From Octopus bimaculoides (taxonomy: Eukaryota), in assembly GCF_001194135.2 (NCBI RefSeq), contig NC_068992.1:39932659-39968832 (forward strand): DNA of 36,174 bases. The letters are read 5' to 3'. Shown piece by piece: positions 1 through 12,541 of this stretch (positions are counted from its first letter, which is position 1; the number at the start of each line of letters is the position of its first letter). Position numbers and translations under genes: made by a program. Below the pieces are notes generated by a model. It was not told the origin of the DNA and searched no databases. It saw only the letters and a program-made list of their open reading frames with translations.

Positions 1-215
1 GCCTTGTGCTAAGCAAGTTTGAGGAAATGCTTGGTGGTGCTTCGCCTGTCGCTACGTTCTAAGTTCAGACTCCACCGAGGTCGACTTTGTCTTTCATCCT
101 TTCAGGATCGATAAAATAAATACCAGTTGAGTACTGGGGTCGATGTAACCGACTTAACCCGTCCCCCAAAATTTCAGGCCTTGTGTCTATAATAGAAAGG
201 ATTATTATTAATGTT
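1..215 (+). mobile_element. tRNA-derived SINE, family A (5'-truncated by window edge)
   Basis: Shares gttc(t)gagttcaaa / gaggtcgactttg / taccagttgagtactggggtcgat / aaatttcaggccttgtg blocks with copies at 3060, 5450, 6935, 17947 and 27506; ends in an (att)n tail. Confidence 0.85.
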
Positions 216-1345
216 GTTGCTTTATCCAAATTGCTCAGGGCTCTACTCATGCCAGCTTCTTTACCCTCTTTGTCTACGAAGTATTACATGAGGCGGAGGT
301 TGTCGTGGATGGATCTGCTTGGGATGGCGCTTCTTTGCACACACTTTGGCCAAAGCAGCGATATGGGCCTAAAATTTTCTATTTGTTAATCCTTGTTTGG
401 GTCCCTTCTCAACAGTGCCACCGCTCCTCGACTCACAGAATTAGAAATTCTCTCTTTTCGTTGCAGTAGATATCTACTAAAAGGCCACTGAATAAGTGTG
501 GTAAATAAAAGTAAAGCTCATAGGGCAAACTATCCAGATCAGGCGAATCCCTAACTCCGTGAAACACATCATCGTATCCCGTATATCTGCGCCTCTTTCG
601 GCATTTCGCAACGCTCTGCACCCCTTATCGAGAGTCGTCACATGTCGTGACATGCCGCCGAGGTAGGCACTGAAGTCCATCCTGCATTCCGGACTGCCAT
701 TAATTCCAAACTGTTGGGTGAAGTGCTGCTGAAATGCCGCACACATCTGCTCAACCTCGAGCACCTTGAGCTCATTTTAGCTCACCAAAGACCAAATTGC
801 GGCCTTCTTGACACTTTGCGCCTCTGTCACTAAGGCCCATCGAGCAGCTTTCTTTCCTTCTTGTCTTAGATCACGGATCTTAGCTTTGACAAAACAACAT
901 TCGTGTTTAACACCGAAGAAGTGGTCCAAGGCTTTTCTCGCGGCCAACACGTCGGCTGCAAGGCTTTCCTTAAGCACCTCTTCTAAGTTTCTAATTAAGT
1001 ACTCTTCTTTTCATTTCTCTCTATCACCAAAGCCTTACTAAACCTAATTGATTCTACTCCAATTGCTTTTTTCAGGGCAAAACACTATTTGTTGTTGACG
1101 ATTGCCTTCGTCCACGCTCGCTTAACTAATTCTCTAATCCGGATTCTGTAAATTTGGCACGCCGGAAGTGACAGGTTCAGCTTTCAGTAATCGTTTACTC
1201 GCTGTCTAAACTTATCAAGGTCGACCGTACAGATTACAAATTTGTGGCCTGTGTGGCCGACCAGTTTGAAAAGAGGACAACTTATATTTAACCTTATCTA
1301 CTGGCCAACAGAATACCCTGTCTGCATAAGACTTGGTTGACCCGT
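215..1345 (-). pseudogene. L1/Tx1-clade non-LTR retrotransposon ORF2 remnant (endonuclease C-terminus, linker, RT N-terminus)
   Basis: Minus-strand translation gives DRV and (Y)WKLN-like endonuclease-end motifs, then SPDLDSLPYELY (cf. SPGxDGLPxEFY), IENFRPISLL and AIPSRSIHDNL (cf. GRSIxDN). Many stops and frameshifts. Confidence 0.8.
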
Positions 1346-1607
1346 AGTAGTAGTAGTAACTGTAGTAGTAGCAGCAGCAGCGTTGCTTACTTTGGCAGAC
1401 CAATGAGTGTTCGATAATCACTATTGTTCCCAAATACTTCCTTATGTCTCATATTAAGGACGGGACAAAATTTTGATGACAATAGAAAATGGGTTTTTGT
1501 GGGTTTTTTTAAATTTCTTGTTTACTTTTATTTGTTCCACTTTCCATATCCTCTTGCTTATTGTTCTTACCTTTGTTCGCTTCTTCAGTTCTTCTAGACT
1601 TCATTTT

Positions 1608-1634
1608 TGTTGTTGTTATTGTTGTTACTACTAT

Positions 1635-1690
<56 letters not shown>

Positions 1691-1780
1691 TCATTATTAC
1701 CACCACTACCACCACTACCACCACCACCACCACCACTACCACCACCACCACCACCACTACTACTACTACTACTACTTACT
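1608..1780. repeat. Compound trinucleotide microsatellite (TGT/TAC/CAC)n
   Basis: Directly visible runs. Confidence 0.95.
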
Positions 1781-1977
1781 ATTTTTATTATCATTGACGT
1801 TGCCGTTGTTACGTTTCTTGTCGTTATTGGCTTTAAATATTCTTTGTATGAATTTTGTATTGCTTTTCCATGTCTTTTGTATTGGCCAATATTGACAATG
1901 TTGGGGACTTTACATTCAGTTTCAGGAGAGTACAAGAGAACAAAAAGGCGGGTGACAAACGGAGATGCATACATCTA

Positions 1978-2008
1978 CGTACACACATGCAGACACACAC
2001 GCACACGC

Positions 2009-2041
<33 letters not shown>

Positions 2042-2135
2042 GATGGAGAGATAGAATAAGGGAGAGGAAAAAGATGGAGCCGGAGAGAGAGAATAGGAGT
2101 GAGGGAAAGAAGGAAAGAAAGAAAGAAAGAGAAGG
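1978..2135. repeat. (CA)n followed by GA/GAAA-rich tract
   Basis: Directly visible. Confidence 0.9.
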
Positions 2136-2267
2136 GGACCATCAAGCACAACTCCAGAAACGCCAAAACGAGGCTGTCTCATCCTCTACACCAGGATCAG
2201 GGAGCTGAGGCTGCCCCTTCGACGGATATAACCAGAATAATCCCTCAACGGTCTGAAGACAATAAAA

Positions 2268-2766
2268 ATGAGTTGGGAAACGATCAGAAGTGGTGAATAC
2301 TTGAAGCAGCGGGAAATGCAAGAAGGAAAAAAACTGAAGGGAAAGAATAAACCCGTCGAAAAAGTAACGAAAGACGGTGAAAGGAGACTTCCGGTTGACA
2401 CAACTTACGATAAACTGATAGAAATGCTAAACGGAGAGGACGAAGGCGAAGGAAATAGCATGATGTTGCTTCAAGGGAAAAAGGTTTCCGGTTTGATTGA
2501 ACAACCAAATTAGAGATTATTAGGGAAAAACATATTTGTATTTTATAATCAGCTAATGCGAAACTTTGATGAGGAATTAAGTGGTCTCTTGCCCAATCTG
2601 GCACCGAAGATACTCACCAGCAGAGTTAGATTTAGCAATTTCAAGATGTGGTGGAAAACAATACTATGGCGGGTTTTGGTCTAACATAACTGGTGGCTAT
2701 CCACCCGTATGCCTGTCTTTATGTGGAAGAGCCATCATGTCGATTCTTCGTATTCTAAAATCATAA
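2268..2766 (+). pseudogene. Degenerate coding-like segment, candidate LINE ORF1 remnant
   Basis: Non-repetitive protein-like reading (TTYDKLIEML..QPN*RLLGKNIFVFYNQLMRNFDEELSGLLPNLAPKILTSRVRF..NWWL..) broken by stops and frameshifts; no splice structure seen. ORF1 identity is inference only. Confidence 0.35.
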
Positions 2767-3059
2767 TTCAATTAATCTTTAAATTCCTTCTGTGCCCCTA
2801 AAACTTTATACTATCCATCTCGTCACATCCTTATTACTGTCAACGTACGTTGCAATATAAAACTTTATTATATCCACTCTAAGATATCTTTGTGTTCGCC
2901 ATGTTTTCACGTTTATTTATATTCACAGACACACGTGCACACATATATTTATGTATGTGTGTGTGTGTATGCGTGTGTGCGTATGCGTATGTGTGTGTGT
3001 GTGTGTGTATGTATCATGTCTCCAGGCCTTGAGGTTAAAAAAGACATTATCCATCAGAA

Positions 3060-3240
3060 TCATTAATGCGGTTCTTTAAGTTCCCAAGTTCATATTCCGC
3101 GGGAATTAACTTTGTTCTTCATCTTTTCGGAGTCATTGAAATAAGTACCAGTTGAGTACTGGGGTCGATGTAATTGGCTTAACTCCTTCCCCCGAAATTT
3201 CTGGCCTTGTGCCAAAATCTGAAATCATTATTAATAATAA
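3060..3240 (+). mobile_element. SINE family A, diverged copy
   Basis: aagtaccagttgagtactggggtcgatgtaat and aaatttctggccttgtgcc blocks, with an (aat)n tail. Confidence 0.8.
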
Positions 3241-3249
3241 TAAAAGCAT

Positions 3250-3716
3250 TCAAGTTCAATCTTTTTAACGTTTTAAAGTTTTAACGTTCTAGCTCACTTC
3301 CGCTGTTTACAGTAGTGCTTGGAAGGAAGGTGTGTAGCGTGTTATCGTCGCATTAACCACAACAGAGAAAGTTCTCATGACGATACCTGCTCAGAGGTCC
3401 ACGTAATGTTGCAGAAAGTGTATGGAGAGGAGTGTTAGAGCCGCACACAAGTGTACGAGTAGCTCAGACGTTTCCAAGATGGCTGAAAAAAATGTCGATA
3501 CTGAAGAACGTTCTGGGAGACACGCAAGCAGCAGAAATGAGAAAGTTATCAGAGGATGTACAGGTTAGTTACGGTTCAGTTCAGTCCATTCTCACCATAG
3601 ATTTAGGTATGAGACACGTATCTGCCAAGTTTGTGCCAAAATTGCTTTCAGCTGACCAAAAAGACACTCGGGTTTCAGTTGCACAAGGTTTTCTTGACTG
3701 TGTCGATGAAATCTGT
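3250..3716 (+). mobile_element. mariner transposon 5' fragment (transposase N-terminal HTH region)
   Basis: Reads DTCSEVHVMLQKVYGEEC*SRTQVYE, then SYGSVQSILTIDLGMRHVSAKFVPKLLSADQK (WVP-type linker), typical of mariner transposases. Confidence 0.8.
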
Positions 3717-3995
3717 TTGAAAGCATTGTGTAGGCCTCTGAGCAGGTATCGCCAAGCTTTCGGCAAAATTTAATGCAGATTCTCTGCTCAACTTTTTCTG
3801 TCATGGTCAATGCGACGATCACACGCTACGCCCCCTTCCTCCCAAGCACTGCTGTAAACAACGGAAGTGAACTAGAATGCTAAAACTTAATGCACATGCA
3901 CAAGAGAGTTCAAGATCAAACTCTGCCAAGCGGCTTTACTCTGCATGCTTCAGCTTCGTTACTATAGCAACAGTCCGGATACTTATTGGTACGCA
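3717..3995 (-). mobile_element. mariner transposon 5' end with TIR, inverted relative to 3250-3716
   Basis: Minus strand reads MTEKVEQRICIKFCRKLGDTCSEAYTML; TIR-like accaataagtatccggact near 3973-3990; upstream region aligns with 3250-3400. Confidence 0.8.
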
Positions 3996-4165
3996 CACGC
4001 TAACACACACACACACATACACACACACGCACATAAACACACACACACATACACACATGTATACAATTCATATGTAGTAACTGTGGTTAAGATCTACTTT
4101 TGGTTTATTAAAAAGAATAGTTACCTCACAAACGCGAGCACGCAAACACAACCACCTACACAACT

Positions 4166-4201
<36 letters not shown>

Positions 4202-4719
4202 GCACGCACAGAGACATACACATCCACGTAAAGACACGATCGATTGATTAATAGAGAATTCCTGATATAGGGATCCGTAATCATTAATTCCCAGTAACTC
4301 ATTTATTCCATATTAATAAATTATGACCAAATATAATAATAAAAGAAAAACAAAACACAAAAAATGAATAAAAAGTCACTTCTAAGCGCATGTATATACA
4401 CAAACGCACGTGTACACACACAAACACACACATAAAGCGCATATACATGCGCACTAGGGCGCACACACATGCACAGAAATAGATATGGACACGCACACGA
4501 GTCACGTACGACGGTTCTATTAAGCAGGTATTGATGTGTGTGTGTATGTGCGTGTGTGTGTGTATGCGTATGTGTATATCTATAGATATATACACAGACA
4601 CACACATATATGTTCATTCGAAGCTGATGATTCATCCTCTCACTGCACACACACGCACGCGTGCACGCGCGCACGCATACACACACATACACACACACAA
4701 CACACACGAACCGCGCGCA

Positions 4720-5933
4720 CACGGAGATTGGCGGAAAAGTTCATAGGCTGCGGTCCACACTCTCCTTCCCTCTGTGTTGCAGTGTTTGGATCCCTTTGGA
4801 GAAGAAGCTTTCATTCTGCTGATCCCCACAAAAAGTCATCAATAGTAGAGATGACATCATCAATAGTAGAGATGACGTCATCATTGCTGAGATACTTCTG
4901 AGCCAAAATCAGGAGGTAGGGACCGTGACCAACTAGTTAAAAACCACAATAAGGCATTGTGACCATTGAAAACAAGGACTTGTGTGCTGGAGCACTGTCC
5001 TGATGAAACAAGATCCCTTTCGTCAGTTTTCCTGGACATTTGCTGTTGATAGCCTCTCGTAACTGCCTCGGCAGGTTGGGATAGTACACTCCATTGATAG
5101 TGTGACCCTTTTGAAGGTAGTCAATAAACACAAAGAATTTTGAATCTCTCAAAACTGAGGCCGTCACCTTCCCTGCAGATGAACATGGTGACCCACTCAC
5201 TCATCTTGCATTAGGAAATGTTCAAGGTAACCAGTCGGTTCTGCCTGAAGCAATGTCAGATTTTCCTGTATTGTTATCAAACTGGTTCACTTTTGATCAG
5301 GTGTCAGAAAATGTGACACGCTCCGAGCGGGGACCTTCGGTATACCAACTTCATGGCGCATAATATTCGCAACTCTTTCACAGGACATGCTAATAGCATT
5401 GACTATTTGATTCATAGTCAATCGTGTGTCATTCGTCAGAATGTGGTGACAAAGCGTCGGAAAAAGGCGGCGAGCTGGCAGAAACGTTAGCACGTTCTGA
5501 GTTCAAATTCCGCCGAAGTCGACTTTGCTTTTCATCCTTTCAGGGTCGATTGAATAAGTACCAGTTACGCACTGGTGTCGATATAATCGACTTAATCCGT
5601 TTGTCTGTCCTTGTTTGTCCCCTCTGTATGTAGCCTCTTGTGGGCAGTAAAGAAATAAGAATGTGGTGAATATGATCAATGTGTTCTTCGGTGATTGCAT
5701 TTGCAGGACGTCCAGACATTGGGTTATCCTCAATATTGCACCTGCCCTTCCTAAAGTCATCTACCTCCTTTTGCATTGATGATAAAGTTGGAGCGTCATA
5801 CCCGAATATAGGATGCCAGTTTATCTGGAAAGAAACAAAGCAGTTATTAATAAGGTTTGAAATTAATGTATACAAGATTTCGCAGCTCTAGCATCGCTCA
5901 TTCAGCCTCAGAACTCTTCAGCCCATCCTCATG
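4720..5933 (-). mobile_element. mariner element with both TIRs and a decayed transposase
   Basis: TIRs at 4720-4750 (cacggagattggcggaaaagttcataggctg) and 5903-5933 (reverse complement catgaggatgggctgaagagttctgaggctg). Transposase motifs EDNPMSGRP, SAGKVTASV, IDYLQKGHTING, FHQDSAPAHKS and HGPY (cf. HPPYSPDL). Confidence 0.9.
5450..5657 (+). mobile_element. SINE family A (alternative 3' tail) inserted in mariner with 12-bp TSD
   Basis: TSD agaatgtggtga at 5438-5449 and 5658-5669; head gcgagctggcagaaacgttagc. Confidence 0.9.
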
Positions 5934-6480
5934 TGTGTGTATGTGTGCGTGTGTGTGTGTGTGTGTGCGTGTGTGTGTGTGTAACTTTATATATTATATA
6001 CATATATATAGAGAGAGAGGGGGGAAAACAATCAGAAAGTGAGAGAAGGAGACAGAGACGGAGAAAGAAAGAAAAAGAAACTGGAATAATTAGGTTTGTA
6101 GTAATAAATTTCTCATAACTTTCACTGCCTCATCTTCACAATGAAGAAATGTTGGCGTGGGTGCCTACCTTGGACCAGGCTTAATTATTAGTGTAGACAT
6201 TATCACTGGATTTGAACTATTAAGCAGTAGCTTTAACCAGTTGGAAAGAGTATTATGTTTTAATATGAAAACACAAGAAAAATTAAACACATGAAATATA
6301 GAGAGAAAAATACAACACAGTCGTGTTTTCTCTGTAACATCTAAAAGAAACTTTATAAACCTGTGCAATGCTAGAGTAAAGACTAATAATTATTCGTGAG
6401 AATCGCGGAAGAAATTGATTAATGACAAACACATACAACAACTGATAATTTAGAAAATGGCAAGAGGAACTTCTTCAGTT

Positions 6481-6527
6481 CAAGTGAAAGACTAAACAAG
6501 TGAAAACTAAGCAAGTGAAAGACTAAA
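6481..6527 (+). repeat. Three tandem 15-16-bp units (caagtgaaagactaaa)
   Basis: Directly visible. Confidence 0.85.
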
Positions 6528-6934
6528 ACGATACATCTTTCGGAGCAATGCATAAAATCTTAGAGATAACAAGCTACGTAATCAACAATAGAATGTATTA
6601 AATACACTGCAAACGCGAGATGTAATGAAGATGCATGGTGATAACTATTATTCTTTACAAAGGATATTCCTTAACTCTTAGAAAATAGAACTGGTAACTA
6701 CTAATATTCTTTCTAAAGGATATTGCGCTCTGAAAACGGTGTATTTTGGCTTATATGGAAATCATTGCTCAATAACCTATGCACAACTATTCTGGAAACA
6801 GCTGTTAGAGACTTTATGCATTACTTTTTAATCCCTTATTTACTCTATCAACTCTGCAATTATAGTTGAATTATAAATTACGTGCTCTAAAGTGACACCA
6901 TATGTTTTGCTTGTTTATTCTTTATATATACTAC

Positions 6935-7150
6935 AAGGTAGCGAGCTGGCAGAAACGTTAGCGCACCGGTCGAAATGCTTAGAGGCATTTCGTCTGTCTT
7001 AATGTTCTGAGTTCAAATTCCGCCGAGGTCGACTTTGCTTTTCATCATTTCGGGGTCGATAAATTAAATATCAGTTGCGTACTAGGGTCGATTTAATCGA
7101 TAAGCCCCCTCCCCAATAATTTCAAGTCTTATGCCTAGAGTAGAAAAGAT
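6935..7150 (+). mobile_element. SINE family A, near full length
   Basis: gcgagctggcagaaacgttagc head, gagttcaaattcc B-box-like motif, shared body and tail. Confidence 0.9.
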
Positions 7151-7834
7151 GCTTTATTTATAATACATGCATACACTCATATTGCCTTTTGCGATCAGAC
7201 TGCAAAACGGAAGCTCTTCCAATAAACGGGTTTCTGTAGCTTTGTAGTTAACACAAAACAAATTGAGGTGTAACACACACCAAACCAGGATTCCGTTAAT
7301 TTCCAATTATGCATGTTTTAGTTTAAATTCTTGACATCAAAGAGCTTTAGAAATTCCATCTGCAATATTTATAGATGAGACGAGGAACTATAGAGCCGAA
7401 AATATTTCTCAGATACAAGGACATTTTATTTCTGCGCAAAATCTTACTAAAGAACTCAATAAACCTACTTAGATCTACAATCATATTATATATTGTTATA
7501 TAGCTCTTCACCTGTGATTTAAATACGAAATCTGGAATTTATAGATTAATTTGATGTAAAGTGTTTACACCACAAACGCGGTATGGGAAAGTCACAACAT
7601 GTCGGCTTATTTTGTGATAGATCTCGGCTTTACTTTGTTTATTGTGAAGTTATATAAAGGAATATATTTCAAAGAAAGTCCTTTTATGGCCTATTGACTC
7701 GGTTAACGTATGTATTTGTATATTTATGTATTAGAGGTCTACCAGAAACATAATTACGCCCAGGTAAACTATACATACACACACGTATACATATATATAG
7801 ACACGCATATATAGATACATATACAGGTGTGTTC

Positions 7835-7836
7835 AA

Positions 7837-7873
<37 letters not shown>

Positions 7874-8363
7874 NNNNNNNNNNNNNNNNNNNNNNNNNNN
7901 NNNNNNNNNNNNNNNNNNNNNNNNNNNNNNNNNNNNNNNNNNNNNNNNNNNNNNNNNNNNNNNNNNNNNNNNNNNNNNNNNNNNNNNNNNNNNNNNNNNN
8001 NNNNNNNNNNNNNNNNNNNNNNNNNNNNNNNNNNNNNNNNNNNNNNNNNNNNNNNNNNNNNNNNNNNNNNNNNNNNNNNNNNNNNNNNNNNNNNNNNNNN
8101 NNNNNNNNNNNNNNNNNNNNNNNNNNNNNNNNNNNNNNNNNNNNNNNNNNNNNNNNNNNNNNNNNNNNNNNNNNNNNNNNNNNNNNNNNNNNNNNNNNNN
8201 NNNNNNNNNNNNNNNNNNNNNNNNNNNNNNNNNNNNNNNNNNNNNNNNNNNNNNNNNNNNNNNNNNNNNNNNNNNNNNNNNNNNNNNNNNNNNNNNNNNN
8301 NNNNNNNNNNNNNNNNNNNNNNNNNNNNNNNNNNNNNNNNNNNNNNNNNNNNNNNNNNNNNNN

Positions 8364-8398
<35 letters not shown>

Positions 8399-8796
8399 TG
8401 CATATGCATATATGCACACAAACATAATGCACTTTTATGTAAATGTGGTTATAGGATAATAATCGCTCTCGCACCTATTAAATATATATGTTCATATATA
8501 TGCATATATTTAGCCATCAATGAGTGTGTAATCTATGTACTCTAACAGGTATATATATATATATATGTTTTATGTATGTACGTATGTATGTGCATACATG
8601 CAGATGCATACATTTATGCATGTTAATAATGATGTATTTATGCACGATCGTTAATTGCGAATGGTCTGGATATTCACATTTAACTTCCATCTTCTGGAGT
8701 AAATTAATAACTGATGTACACAACATGCGTCATATACACACACATTCACAACATACACACATACATGCGCGCGCACACACACACACATATATATAT

Positions 8797-8832
<36 letters not shown>

Positions 8833-9171
8833 NNNNNNNNNNNNNNNNNNNNNNNNNNNNNNNNNNNNNNNNNNNNNNNNNNNNNNNNNNNNNNNNNNNN
8901 NNNNNNNNNNNNNNNNNNNNNNNNNNNNNNNNNNNNNNNNNNNNNNNNNNNNNNNNNNNNNNNNNNNNNNNNNNNNNNNNNNNNNNNNNNNNNNNNNNNN
9001 NNNNNNNNNNNNNNNNNNNNNNNNNNNNNNNNNNNNNNNNNNNNNNNNNNNNNNNNNNNNNNNNNNNNNNNNNNNNNNNNNNNNNNNNNNNNNNNNNNNN
9101 NNNNNNNNNNNNNNNNNNNNNNNNNNNNNNNNNNNNNNNNNNNNNNNNNNNNNNNNNNNNNNNNNNNNNNN

Positions 9172-9195
<24 letters not shown>
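7835..9195. other. (TA)n arrays flanking assembly gaps 7874-8363 and 8833-9171
   Basis: N-runs bordered by TA repeats. Other gaps: 13656-13826, 17724-17733, 24884-24893, 26890-26989, 31595-31715, 32944-33047, 33539-34404. Confidence 0.95.
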
Positions 9196-9206
<11 letters not shown>

Positions 9207-9797
9207 TGTTATGTAGTAAGTGCATTTTATGTGGCAAGCAGTAGATCTCACCTACAAAGTAGGACTCTCAAACGCCGCAAAAACACACGCACCTACAGAA
9301 TCACACATACTTACACTTGCAATATAGAGAGCCTTAGAACTCTCTTACACACACACACACACACCACTTATACACGCGACTACTTGACGATCTCTAACAG
9401 ACAATGCTACCCAGTAAAATGGACACGGGTGTTAATCAATTTATGATGGGGCATTTACTATATTACTCTCTTTTGCTTTCTTCGTCACCTGTATCAGTTT
9501 GTGCGTCCATTATTAATAGGACGCCATTTTAAAAGGCGTAGGGAAAATAACAAAAAAAAAAAAGATGCAAAACAAAAGTACAAAAATAACACAAAACACA
9601 ACAAAACAATGAGGAGAAGCTGAGATTTGAAAGTAAATCGCCTTTTACAGCTGACGATAGGTTTTCAAAAGATAAAAAACGAATAAAATAACAAAGGAAA
9701 ATTTATATATAAATGGTAAACGCAAGTGTATTATGTAGAACGTATAAAAGGATAGATATATATATAGGTGTGTATATTCATGTGTATATATGTATAT

Positions 9798-9842
<45 letters not shown>

Positions 9843-10091
9843 GGAGAGAGAGAGTGAGAGGTGAAGGAGAGTCCACACAGTATGATGGAGTGGGGGGGTG
9901 AGAAGTAAAAAAAGGATCGATGGATGCACACAGACACCGACATTCGCATACAAGAAGACATATGCATACACACAAAAAAAAAACACACATGTATGCAAAC
10001 GTTTATATCTACATATTATATATATATATACACACACATATATAAGCTTATATGTGCTTGTGTATGTAGCTCTCCTTTCTATCTTCGCTTA

Positions 10092-10214
10092 CTCTCTCTC
10101 TCTCTCTCTCTCCTCATCTCTCTCTCTCTCCTCATCTCTCTCTCTCTCCTCATCTCTCTCTCTCTCTCCTCATCTCTCTCTCTCTCTCCTCATCTCTCTG
10201 TCCCTCTCTCTCTC
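10092..10214. repeat. (TC)n punctuated periodically by CTCA (units of about 16-22 bp)
   Basis: Repeating tctctctctcctca units. Confidence 0.9.
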
Positions 10215-10289
10215 TATATATATTCATATACGTGGTTAGTCCACATCAGACCGTAAGGAGCAGAATCCCAAATTTCCCGCTTTCTCCAG

Positions 10290-10355
10290 GGTGTATATAT
10301 ATTCCCCACCTGGATGCGACGCTGGTCCGTCACAAGATAACCCATTTTTGCCACG
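10290..10355 (-). mobile_element. SINE family B 3' fragment
   Basis: Reverse complement resembles the ggcaaaa..gagt...gcgatggactggcgtcccgtccag tail of the copy at 34835. Confidence 0.55.
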
Positions 10356-10913
10356 TCGGTTCCTCCGTGGTGTTGTTTTGCATTTATAATAAAATAAATA
10401 TACACAAATTATAAAAATAATAAAACAAATATATACAGTACAGTACAGTTTCTACTTCGCGGATTTCCACCTATCGCGAGATGTTTTGGAACGTATCAAC
10501 CGCGATAGTCGAGGGATTACTGTGTGTGTGTATATATATATATATATAATTGAAAAAGTTCTTTATATGTATAAAAATTCGATAAGAAGTATAAAAATGG
10601 AGAAAAGATGTTAAAGTCAAAATTGGATTTGATACATACGCACATTTCAAAAGACAATACAAATATGTAAGAAATAATAATAATAATAAGAATTATAATT
10701 ATAACTAAAGTTATGCATTGTCATATATATATATATATATATATACACATTTTATTTGTGTATATTTGATTATCTTATACTATTGGGTTTTACCATTGAG
10801 TGCCCTATTGTTTTAATATATATTTATATTCGATTTTTGATAATTTGGGAATGATATCAAAGTTGTTTTGGCCAATTGGAGTGTTTATTTATCATATCTT
10901 GCAATTTATATAT

Positions 10914-10970
<57 letters not shown>

Positions 10971-11257
10971 CAGACATTGCCAAATAAATATACGCATCTC
11001 ATTATTCAGCTTTACCAACTTGGACTCTTTGTGCTGCATCAAACTTGTTAATGTATTATGCATAGGAAATGTCTACGAAATACACTGGATTACGTATTTA
11101 AATGTGTCAAATGGCGTTGGTTCGTCTCTAGAAATAACCCTTGAAGAAATGATGCGATCTCTGCTTTTGGTATGTAGGTATGTTTACACAAATAGATGCA
11201 TACTACATACATACACACATGTGAATGTGTGTGTATATATATATATATAATCATTGC

Positions 11258-11580
11258 GTGAGGGGGCGTGGCTTAGTGGTTGGGACATTCTGCTCACGAT
11301 CGTAAGGTCGTGAGTTCAATTCCCGCTGATGTGTTGTGTCCTTGAGCAAGACGCTTTATTTCACGTTGCTCCAGTCCACTCAGCTGGCAAAAATAAGCAG
11401 TACCTGTATTTCAAAGGGCCAGCCTTGTCACACTGTGTCATGCTGAATATCCCCAAGAACTACGTTATGGGTACACATATCTGTGGAGTGCTCAGCCACT
11501 TGCACATTAATTTCACGAGCAGGCTGTTCCGTTGATCGAATCAACTGGAACCCTCGTCGTCGTAAGCGACGGAGTGCCAC
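11258..11580 (+). mobile_element. tRNA-derived SINE family B (CORE-like central domain)
   Basis: A-box gtggcttagtggt, B-box gagttcaattcc, central tgtgtccttgagcaagacgctttatttcacgttgctccagtccactcagctggcaaaa shared with the copy at 34835. Confidence 0.85.
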
Positions 11581-11714
11581 GATATATGTGCATACATATA
11601 TACACGCACACATATATTGTAGATGCATGAAATATAATTTTTAAATTAAATATAAAGTTTTGAATAATATGTAGAGAGGGAGTTTTAAAACCGTTTTTGG
11701 AGAGAAAACGTCGG

Positions 11715-11754
11715 TGGCCGCCCGTGGGACACGAACCCATACCGCCTGGAGACC
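11715..11754 (-). pseudogene. tRNA-Leu-like 3' half fragment (variable arm, T-arm)
   Basis: Minus strand reads ggtctccaggcggt-atggg-ttcgtgt-cccac-gggcggcca, resembling the GTGGG-TTCGAAT-CCCAC T-arm of tRNA-Leu. No matching 5' half found. Confidence 0.35.
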
Positions 11755-11888
11755 GTTATTAATAATTACTGCATATCCACATTGAGATCCAATTTCACAA
11801 ATAAAGAATTCTCTTGAATGTTTATAAATTCTAATGGTTAGATATACTTTCACCACACATTACACTGTCTGTCTGTCTGTCTGTCTGT

Positions 11889-11928
<40 letters not shown>

Positions 11929-11932
11929 TCTT

Positions 11933-11969
<37 letters not shown>

Positions 11970-12439
11970 CTATTCCTCTCTCCCTGTATCCCATTAACCT
12001 CATCATTTTTTTCAGTTGAAGTATCATAAACAAAATGTCATGCAGACATTCTTCTTTCAAGCATCAAACCTTACCAACACTGGTTTTTTCAGTATTGTTA
12101 CAGTTTAACAGTTTTTCAATTTACCCCCAACTCCCACCAACATACGCCCCACCACGTACATATGCACACATGCCATAATGTATGTATATGTGTATCTGTA
12201 TGGACGAGTAGTTTTCTTGTTTATGTATAACGTTTATGTCCAATATTCCATATATCTCTTGGGAAATGGTTCTTGCCACTCTAGAGACCAAAAAATCTCT
12301 GCTGCCAATGAACCGCCATGTTATAAATAGACTAATATAGAAATATATATAGATTTTTGGCATTAAATAATTTATACATTTAATATATTTCACAGATAAT
12401 TTTTTATCTACGTATTGGTCGTGAATCTTGCCTTAAATA

Positions 12440-12496
12440 ATGCGTACACACACAAATACACGCACACAGATACACACATATATGCGTTTATATTTA

Positions 12497-12541
<45 letters not shown>

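Noticed and set aside
1473-2208. Overlapping ORFs with poly-Y/H/T/L/P/V runs (similar ones at 14142-16128, 28618-31286)
   Set aside because: They are translations of triplet and dinucleotide microsatellites, open in several frames and on both strands.
2253-2290. CTGAAGA...GAAACGATC hammerhead-like spacing
   Set aside because: No convincing stem I or palindromic stem III, and it lies in coding-like sequence; likely chance.
7684-9251. Long ORFs of 140-245 aa (also 13492-13942, 26646-27104, 33318-34574)
   Set aside because: Their length comes from N-gaps read as X plus (TA)n.
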